Below, piece after piece: positions 37,294 through 43,816 of a DNA stretch of 43,816 bases (the first letter of the stretch is position 1; each line of letters starts with the position of its first letter). The notes beneath the pieces were generated by a model. The model did not search any database. It was given only the letters and a program-made list of their open reading frames with translations, and was not told the origin of the DNA. The DNA lies in NCBI GenBank assembly GCA_009787115.1, contig WRGQ01000169.1, positions 1 to 43,816 on the forward strand, read 5' to 3'. Both the position numbers and the translations under genes were made by a program. Source of the DNA: Bacteroidota bacterium. GTDB taxonomy: Bacteria > Bacteroidota > Bacteroidia > Bacteroidales > WCHB1-69.

Positions 37294-39240
37294 ATGAGCT
37301 ATATTGAATTTGACAAAGAGAAATTAGTGAATATCAATTTTTCAAAAGGGAAAGAGATTTTGCGTTGCAGTAGAACCGGTGCTTATGCTTCTACCACATT
37401 ATTAGGCTTAAATACCCGCAAATATCACGGTGTTTTAGTAACACCGCAAGACCATATTGACGGCGAACGCCACGTATTGGTTTCTTATCTGAACGAAACT
37501 ATCATTATTGATAATATGGAGTTTCATTTGGGAGTACACCAGTATAAAGGAGGCGTCATTGCGCCGAAAGGGAATAAATACCTTCAAAAATTTACCATTG
37601 ACTCAATCCCTACCTATTATTTCAGAGTAGGAAAATTTAATTTTACGAAACAATATCTGATGTGTAATGAAGAGGACAGGTTGATAGTAAAATATACGAT
37701 ATTAGATGATTACGAATCAGCACAAATTTTATTTGAACCGTTGTTAGCATTTAGAAATGCACATCAATTAACTTGCCAAAACCCATATATTAACACAAGT
37801 TACAAATCTGTTAGAAATGGTATAGAATATTGTTTGTATGATAACTACACGCCTTTATCTTTTCAATCTAATGAACATATCTCTTATTTGCATGCGCCTG
37901 TTTGGTTTCATAATTTTGAGTACGAAGAAGAATTGAAACGCGGCTACGACGGACACGAAGATTTGATTAATCTGGGTAAAATCAGTGTGAAAGTAGCGAA
38001 TAAAGAGATTTATCTCTCTATCGGGACTAAACCGATTTCTCCGGGCAAGATTTCAACATTGTTTGAAGAAGAATTGACCAAGCGCACTAAGCGCTCTTCG
38101 TTTGTAAATTGTTTGCAAAATGCAGCCGAACAGTTTATTATAAAACGTAATGGAAAAACACAAATCATTGCCGGTTACCCCTGGTTTGGTCGCTGGGGAC
38201 GGGATACTTTCATTGCATTGCCGGGTTTGACACTGGCGCTGAACAAACCTAAACTTTGTAAAGAAGTGATGGACAATATGCTTGCAGAGATGCAAAACGG
38301 GCTTTTCCCCAATATCGGTGAAGGAGAACAAGCCGCCTACAACTCCGTAGATGCCCCACTTTGGTTTATCCGTACACTACAAAAATATGCCATTTTTACC
38401 AAATCACAAAAGAAAATCTGGAAAGAGTATGGAGACGCCGTAAAAAAAATATTGTATGCTTATAGAAACGGCTCATTATTTAATATCAAGATGTTAGATA
38501 ACGGATTGATCTATGCAGGAGATGATAAACACGCACTTACGTGGATGGATGCTGTGGTGAACGATGTGCCTATTACCCCACGCACCGGCTGTCAGGTTGA
38601 AATTAACGGATTGTGGTACAACGCTATGAAATTTGCTTTAGAAGTGGCTGCTTATGATAACGATGAGGCTTTTATCAAAGATTGGGAAGCATTAGCTACA
38701 AATTTTCCCGCTGTTTTTAAAGAAACTTTTTGGGATAAGGAAAGAGGTTATTTAGCAGACTATGTCAACGGCGACGACAAAAACTTTCAGGTGCGCCCTA
38801 ATATGGTGATTGTGGCTTCGTTGCCCTATTGTCCCATAAGTGAAAAAATCAGACAGTTAATTTTGAAGAAAGCACGTGAAGAGTTGCTCACCCCAAAAGG
38901 ATTGCGTACCCTTTCGCCCAACGACCCCGATTATAAAGGAAGATATTTTGGCAATCAAGCCGAAAGAGACGCCGCCTACCATCAAGGTACGGTGTGGCCC
39001 TGGCTTTTAGAACCTTTTGCCGAAGGATTGATGGCTGTGCACCAACAGGAAGCGTTGCCTGTTTTAGAAAAGATTTTCTACAATTTTGATACCTGTATGT
39101 TAGACTACGGAATTTCTACTGTGGAAGAGATTACCGACGGCGACCCGCCTTACCGCTCTAACGGGTGCATCTCGCAGGCTTGGAGTGTGGCAGCGCTACT
39201 GACAATAAAAAGGATTCTTGACGGAGCGAGAGAAGGGTAG
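37294..39240 (+). CDS. Glycogen debranching enzyme (amylo-alpha-1,6-glucosidase family, archaeal-type GDE)
   Basis: 648 aa. GDE N-terminal domain style (TRKYHGVLV) and GDE_C motifs (GYPWFGRWGRDTFIALPGL, HALTWMDA, YHQGTVWPWLL, SQAWSVA). Confidence 0.85.
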   Translation: MSYIEFDKEKLVNINFSKGKEILRCSRTGAYASTTLLGLNTRKYHGVLVTPQDHIDGERHVLVSYLNETIIIDNMEFHLGVHQYKGGVIAPKGNKYLQKFTIDSIPTYYFRVGKFNFTKQYLMCNEEDRLIVKYTILDDYESAQILFEPLLAFRNAHQLTCQNPYINTSYKSVRNGIEYCLYDNYTPLSFQSNEHISYLHAPVWFHNFEYEEELKRGYDGHEDLINLGKISVKVANKEIYLSIGTKPISPGKISTLFEEELTKRTKRSSFVNCLQNAAEQFIIKRNGKTQIIAGYPWFGRWGRDTFIALPGLTLALNKPKLCKEVMDNMLAEMQNGLFPNIGEGEQAAYNSVDAPLWFIRTLQKYAIFTKSQKKIWKEYGDAVKKILYAYRNGSLFNIKMLDNGLIYAGDDKHALTWMDAVVNDVPITPRTGCQVEINGLWYNAMKFALEVAAYDNDEAFIKDWEALATNFPAVFKETFWDKERGYLADYVNGDDKNFQVRPNMVIVASLPYCPISEKIRQLILKKAREELLTPKGLRTLSPNDPDYKGRYFGNQAERDAAYHQGTVWPWLLEPFAEGLMAVHQQEALPVLEKIFYNFDTCMLDYGISTVEEITDGDPPYRSNGCISQAWSVAALLTIKRILDGAREG

Positions 39241-39278
39241 GGGAGTGGACATTATTTCGCGATTTGACAGGCATTAAA

Positions 39279-41000
39279 TTATGGCGCCCGCAGCAGAATA
39301 TCCTCCTCAACATCCCAAAACCCTCTGATATTTATATCTTTCTCAATAAGGAAAATCTTTTCAGGTTGCTCTTTTTTGTGATAGTCTCCGGTGTCCCATT
39401 TACCGTTTTTATTTCTATCTTCTACAACCTTAATACGATAAGCGCCGGGCAAAAGATGCTTGTATTCTATTGTTCTGGAAGATGATATTACTTCGTTGAA
39501 TATTACTTTCTGATTTGATGAGAGCAATTCCACAAGAAAATCGGCATCGTTATCCGCATCAACTTTATAATGAATGATTAAATTCCCGTAATATTTTTCT
39601 GTTTTCTTTGAAAATGAAAACATTACAGTATCATTCGTAGCGCCGTCATAGCCATAAAACAGAGAATCCCGAAACCATAATGTATAGTTAATTTTAGGTT
39701 CAAATTTAAAAGGCACGGGAATCTGCATAACAAAATCGTCCGGAATATTTACAAAGACCGATGTCGTATCTTTTCCTGTAAAAAGTGTAGCAATAACCAA
39801 CATTTTGGCGCTGTCCGCCGGCTTTACCGGATAGGAGAAATTAAGTAGCGTTGGTGCGTACAAGTCCTCTTTATTTGTCAGATTGATATTTAGTTTTGTC
39901 GCAACAGGTTTGGTGGCTTTCCCTGCGCTACGCGGGATTTGATAAGGCTGCAGTTCTACAGTATCGGTTTTTGCAGTATCGGTTTGAATATAAACCATTG
40001 CGGAATCCTTAAAAAATGTTTTTAAATACAAAGAGATTGTATCGCTTGTTGCATTAATTTTTGAGAAGAAATCTATAATGGTGTCGCTTTCTACTTGTAA
40101 ATCAAAAGAATGTATGGGGATTTTATATGGAAAACGATATACGCCCTTTTGGGAATTAATATAAGGGTCAAGCAATTGCACCGTATCGGCTTCCTGAAAC
40201 AGACGTAAGGTTATAGATGCTTCCGTATCTGCATGAAATAATGAATCGGTTTCATAATATTTGGCTTGAAACGTGCTGTCTGCAAAGGCAATAAGTTCAT
40301 TAGGCAGATTGTATTTCAAATCGGAATTAATATCTTTCAGTGCAAATATTTTGTAGTTTTTTTGTTTTAGATGATGAAAAAAGAAATCTCCTTGAGCATT
40401 GGTTTTGGTTAAGTAATTTGGACGTGTTGTAAGAGGGAGGGAATCAATATCTTCTTCGTACAACATCACAAAAACGCCTGCTTCCGGTTTGCCGGTTTCC
40501 GCATTTACAACCCTTCCGAAAAGTTTATGACCGTCAATAGAGTCTCCCGTAGAAAATGCAAAATTGTACCCCGATAACTTGTTCCCTTCGTGATAATCCT
40601 GAATACAATCCGAAAATAAAAGATTATAAGTGGTATTACTTCTTAGCGTATCGTTAAATTTTACCAGCACGGATTTTCCTTGTGTGGTATAATCCACACG
40701 CTTATCCATAGGTGGCGAAAAAATAACATTTTCGTTAGGATTATTTAATGTAACAAATTCATCGAAAGTGATTTTAATGATTTTTCCGTTAAAATTTGCG
40801 CTACCGTTTTCAGGTTTTTCGCCAACAACTTGTGGGGGGGTAGTATCTTTGGGACCTCCGGAGGGGAGTACTTGCCGGGCGCATCCGGAAAGGAGTATGA
40901 AGAAGGCAGAAAACAGAATGCAGAAAGCAGAATACAACGTGTAGTTTGTTCGTAATTTGTAATTTGTAATTCGTAATTTATTTGGGATGTGGGTAGTCAT
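39279..41000 (-). CDS. Ig-like (Big_5/SbsA-type) domain lipoprotein, with signal peptide encoded by repeat modules
   Basis: 573 aa. Lipobox LLSGC followed by GGPKDTTPPQVVGEKPENGSANFNGKIIKITFDEFV, typical of Bacteroidota Ig-like lipoproteins. The single ATG at 41000 sits 19 nt from a -7 box. The first ~38 codons are read from heptamer arrays. Confidence 0.75.
   Translation of the reverse strand: MTTHIPNKLRITNYKLRTNYTLYSAFCILFSAFFILLSGCARQVLPSGGPKDTTPPQVVGEKPENGSANFNGKIIKITFDEFVTLNNPNENVIFSPPMDKRVDYTTQGKSVLVKFNDTLRSNTTYNLLFSDCIQDYHEGNKLSGYNFAFSTGDSIDGHKLFGRVVNAETGKPEAGVFVMLYEEDIDSLPLTTRPNYLTKTNAQGDFFFHHLKQKNYKIFALKDINSDLKYNLPNELIAFADSTFQAKYYETDSLFHADTEASITLRLFQEADTVQLLDPYINSQKGVYRFPYKIPIHSFDLQVESDTIIDFFSKINATSDTISLYLKTFFKDSAMVYIQTDTAKTDTVELQPYQIPRSAGKATKPVATKLNINLTNKEDLYAPTLLNFSYPVKPADSAKMLVIATLFTGKDTTSVFVNIPDDFVMQIPVPFKFEPKINYTLWFRDSLFYGYDGATNDTVMFSFSKKTEKYYGNLIIHYKVDADNDADFLVELLSSNQKVIFNEVISSSRTIEYKHLLPGAYRIKVVEDRNKNGKWDTGDYHKKEQPEKIFLIEKDINIRGFWDVEEDILLRAP
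40902..40978. repeat. CTGCTTT-family module (40902-40936, read on -) and AATTACG/AATTACA x4 array (40951-40978, read on -)
   Basis: The - strand reads AATTACG AATTACA AATTACA AATTACG ... ATTCTGCTTTCTGCATTCTGTTTTCTGCCTTCT. A 33-nt stretch is 31/33 identical to 20278-20310. Confidence 0.95.
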
Positions 41001-41019
41001 TGTTTTTTTGTCTTGGCGG

Positions 41020-41027
41020 CAAAAGTA
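41020..41027 (-). promoter_or_regulatory. Candidate -7 box (TACTTTTG on - strand) for the Ig-like lipoprotein gene
   Basis: The + strand reads CAAAAGTA, 19 nt upstream of the ATG at 41000. Confidence 0.4.
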
Positions 41028-41084
41028 AGTTTTTTTTTCTTCTCAATGCAACCTCTGGGTATTCTTATATCTGAAGAAATATTC

Positions 41085-41092
41085 TATTTTTG
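41085..41092 (+). promoter_or_regulatory. Candidate -7 box TATTTTTG for the tolC-adaptor unit
   Basis: Matches TAnnTTTG, 58 nt upstream of ATG 41151. Confidence 0.4.
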
Positions 41093-41150
41093 CCAATAAT
41101 TTCTAAAATAGGAAACAACTGAGACAAGCAACGCTAACTAATATCTATTT

Positions 41151-42449
41151 ATGAAACCCAAACTCTTCTGCTCATTTCTTCTGCTCATTTCGTTCTTTTG
41201 TGCAAAGACACAAACCTTAACTTTGGCAGATTGTGTGCAGCAAGCGCTTGAATCGAACTACGGCATTCAAATCGCGAAAAATTCGGAAAACATCAGTCGC
41301 GTGAATTTGAAAAGTTACAGTGTTTTTTTGCCTGTTATCTATGGAGATGCAAATTACAGAAGTAGTTACAATAATTCTAAAATAGAAAGAGTGAACGGAG
41401 AGATTATTGAATTTCATAATTCAAATGCTTTAAATGACGGGGCAAGCCTCAACATGAACTGGCGCATTTTCGACGGTCTCTCTATGTTTTTTACCAACTC
41501 TAAAAATAAAGTATTGTTAGATATCAGCACGTTGAATACGGTTTTGGAAATTGAACAACTTATTGCAAATGTGAGCGCTGCATACTATAATGTGTGGATT
41601 CAAACCAAACTCTTAGAAGCCACAGAAAATATTGTGGATATTTCAATGCAACGTTTCAATATTGCCAATAGCAAATACCAAATCGGCGCGATTTCAGGAT
41701 TGGAGTATCGCCAAAGCAAGATTGACCTGAATGCCGATAGTTCACAACTTATGCTTCAAAAACAGGCGCTTACCAATGCCTATATCTCTTTAAATACTTT
41801 AATGAACAGAGATTTAACCAAAGAAAATTATGTGCAGGATACTTTAACGCTGATGCCGCTGTTCAATTATAACCAAATTGTGGACAGCGCTTTGCAAAAT
41901 AATAGTTCGTTGTTAATCTACCAAAAAGGGATCAGATTGTCGCAGATGGAGGTGAAAAACAGTTTGTCTCAGTTTTTCCCCTCTATTGATTTTACTACTG
42001 GATATCAGTATTCCAATGCCTTAACCCCTGCATCGGTTACCTCTATTCAAAGTATGTCGCACGGATTTTACTGGGGATTAACGGCGCGCATTCCTATTTT
42101 TAGCCGCATGGAAAATTTGCGCAATAACAAAGTCGCAAAGTATCAACTGCAAAATGCGGAATTGCAATATAAAGACGTTGAACTTAGTGTGTTAAGCGCA
42201 TTGGCAGAACTCTACAATGTCTATAAAAATAATCATGTTCTATTGGAATTTGAAATGGAAAATGTTGAGATTACCTCTGAAACTTTGGAGATTGCCCTCG
42301 AAAAATATCGCATCGGCTCGCTGTCGGGGGTAGAGTTTAGAGAGTTTCAACGTTCCTATATTGAAGCCGTTAAACGATTAATGAATGCCTCTTATCAAGC
42401 AAAAGTATCTGAAATAGGATTACAGTTGTTAAGCGGAAAATTAAAATAA
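41151..42449 (+). CDS. tolC: TolC-family outer membrane efflux protein
   Basis: 432 aa. Signal peptide. LTLADCVQQALESNYGIQIA start and two OEP repeats typical of TolC-like proteins. Confidence 0.85.
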   Translation: MKPKLFCSFLLLISFFCAKTQTLTLADCVQQALESNYGIQIAKNSENISRVNLKSYSVFLPVIYGDANYRSSYNNSKIERVNGEIIEFHNSNALNDGASLNMNWRIFDGLSMFFTNSKNKVLLDISTLNTVLEIEQLIANVSAAYYNVWIQTKLLEATENIVDISMQRFNIANSKYQIGAISGLEYRQSKIDLNADSSQLMLQKQALTNAYISLNTLMNRDLTKENYVQDTLTLMPLFNYNQIVDSALQNNSSLLIYQKGIRLSQMEVKNSLSQFFPSIDFTTGYQYSNALTPASVTSIQSMSHGFYWGLTARIPIFSRMENLRNNKVAKYQLQNAELQYKDVELSVLSALAELYNVYKNNHVLLEFEMENVEITSETLEIALEKYRIGSLSGVEFREFQRSYIEAVKRLMNASYQAKVSEIGLQLLSGKLK

Positions 42450-42457
42450 AAACCATT

Positions 42458-43516
42458 ATGAACCTTAAAAGAATTATTTACATTTCGCTTCCCATTTTAG
42501 CCGTGCTTGTTTTTGTTGGATATAAAGTGTTCTTTTCCAAAAGCAAACAAACAGAGGAAGAACAAAAGCCAAAAGGCGGTGGGGCTATCTCTGCCAAACT
42601 CTATGTGGTAGAACCCAACCTGTTAAGCAACGGCATTAATGCTGTGGGAACGCTTCTGCCCAACGAAGAGGTGGAACTGATCAGCGAAGCCGCCGGAAAA
42701 GTGGTAGGGATATTTTTCGACGAAGGCACAACGGTTACAGCCGGACAACTTTTACTGAAAGTTGATGATTCTGAACTGCAAGCGCAATTGAAACGCGCAG
42801 AATATCAACTGGCTCTCTCTGGAGAACGTTTGAACCGCCAAAAAATTCTGTTGGAAAAAGACGCTGTGAGCCGCGAAGAATTTGATCAGGTGCAAACCGA
42901 CTATAATATCCTGCAAACCGATATTGACCTGTTGAAAACGAAGATTGCCAAAACGGAAATCAGAGCGCCCTTTGCAGGTACTATCGGTTTCCGCGGCATA
43001 AGTTTGGGCAGTTATTTACAACTTAATACTATCATTGCAAGGTTGATAGACCAGAACAAACTGAAATTGGAGTTTTCCATTCCCGAAAAATATGCCTCTA
43101 TCTGTTTTACCGGAAATAAAATAAAGTTTCGCACCGAACTCTCTCCCGACGAATTTGAAGCCCTTGTGTATGCCGTTGACCCGAAAGTGGATGCGGCTAC
43201 CCGAACGATAACGGTAAGAGGAATTTACAATAATGCCAACCGAAAACTGTTAGCCGGTATGTTTGCCCGTATCAACCTCATTATCAACCAATCTAATGAA
43301 GTGATTTTGATACCTACCGAATCTATTGTTCAAGAAATGGAAGGCAAAAAAGTGTGGGTAGTTTCCAACGGAAAAGCCTTTTCTAAATCTATCACCACAG
43401 GTTTCCGCAGCAACAATCAGGTGGAAGTAGTAACCGGTTTGCAAATGGGCGATACTATTATGGTTACGGGGTTGATGCAGGTGAGGGAAGGAATTGCGGT
43501 GAACGGTGAGCGGTGA
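42458..43516 (+). CDS. Efflux transporter periplasmic adaptor subunit (MFP/HlyD family)
   Basis: 352 aa. N-terminal TM anchor. Lipoyl-like hairpin (AGKVVGIFFDEGTTVTAGQLLLKVDD ... IRAPFAGTIG). Coiled-coil. Beta-barrel. The last codons and stop lie in a GCGGTGA array. Confidence 0.85.
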   Translation: MNLKRIIYISLPILAVLVFVGYKVFFSKSKQTEEEQKPKGGGAISAKLYVVEPNLLSNGINAVGTLLPNEEVELISEAAGKVVGIFFDEGTTVTAGQLLLKVDDSELQAQLKRAEYQLALSGERLNRQKILLEKDAVSREEFDQVQTDYNILQTDIDLLKTKIAKTEIRAPFAGTIGFRGISLGSYLQLNTIIARLIDQNKLKLEFSIPEKYASICFTGNKIKFRTELSPDEFEALVYAVDPKVDAATRTITVRGIYNNANRKLLAGMFARINLIINQSNEVILIPTESIVQEMEGKKVWVVSNGKAFSKSITTGFRSNNQVEVVTGLQMGDTIMVTGLMQVREGIAVNGER

Positions 43517-43566
43517 GCGGTGGAAATTTAAAATTTTAATGATTAATGATTAATGATTAATGATAA
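43496..43566. repeat. GCGGTGA ACGGTGA GCGGTGA GCGGTGG, a spacer, then ATGATTA x3 plus ATGATAA
   Basis: Read directly. The adaptor stop TGA (43514-43516) is inside the third unit. TGA of the ATGATTA array falls in all three + frames. Confidence 0.95.
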
Positions 43567-43602
43567 AATTCTTACGGTCTTTTAAAATAATAACATAGCA
43601 AA

Positions 43603-43816
43603 ATGAAATACACCAACATTCGCGAAGAAGAACTAAAAAATAAAATAGCGCAAGACTATTTTTGGCTGTATGATTGTACTAAAATTATCGGCAACGTGGA
43701 TTTTTGCGTGTGTATGATTCAAAGTAGTAAAGAGTTTGAACAAGAGTCGTTACTTTGGGCAGAGGCGAAAAAAGGTTCTTCCGATGTTTATAAATCTTTA
43801 GTACAACTTATTTTAA
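43603..43816 (+). CDS. 5' part of an ORF running off the window; possible PD-(D/E)xK nuclease-type N-terminal domain
   Basis: ATG 43603 is open to the window end (MKYTNIREEELKNKIAQDYFWLYDCTKIIGNVDFCVCMIQSSKEFEQESLLWAEAKKGSSDVYKSLVQLIL). The pattern D(FCV)...E-A-K followed by Q resembles HsdR-N/restriction-type nuclease cores. It is clearly not an RND or ABC pump N-terminus. Confidence 0.35.
   Translation, partial: MKYTNIREEELKNKIAQDYFWLYDCTKIIGNVDFCVCMIQSSKEFEQESLLWAEAKKGSSDVYKSLVQLIL

Overview
AT-rich chromosomal segment with the hallmarks of a Bacteroidota genome: T9SS C-terminal sorting domains, BatD, a BamA-OmpH/Skp block, a carboxypeptidase-regulatory-domain TonB receptor, and recurring TAnnTTTG -7 promoter boxes. 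I call about 38 protein genes. Almost all are housekeeping or envelope functions: mutY, ECF sigma, coaX, bamA, three ompH/skp, grpE-dnaJ, rfbC, acpP-fabF-rnc, tsaB, hutH, lptB, batD, cvpA, an MscS-family channel, a glycogen debranching enzyme, and TolC plus an efflux adaptor. I see no rRNA, tRNA, CRISPR array, intact mobile element, or recognisable multi-gene defence or secretion island. The one signal that gene annotation does not explain is a dispersed vocabulary of 7-8 nt tandem-repeat modules at 11 loci, concatenated in different combinations almost exactly at gene boundaries. At about seven of these loci the repeats are translated. They supply signal peptides for two unrelated exported proteins through a nearly identical 33-nt module, the TTG start of coaX, the last codons and stop codon of two genes, and an in-frame 27-codon loop inside a HAD hydrolase. 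Secondary observations: a frameshifted C-terminal remnant of an IS200/IS605-type Y1 transposase beside mutY; a decayed, frameshifted T9SS cargo gene between skp paralogs; a (CAA)12-based polyQ tract in BatD; and a TolC-adaptor pair with no pump, followed at the window edge by a PD-(D/E)xK-like ORF start. All functional calls rest on motif recognition by eye; no database search was possible.
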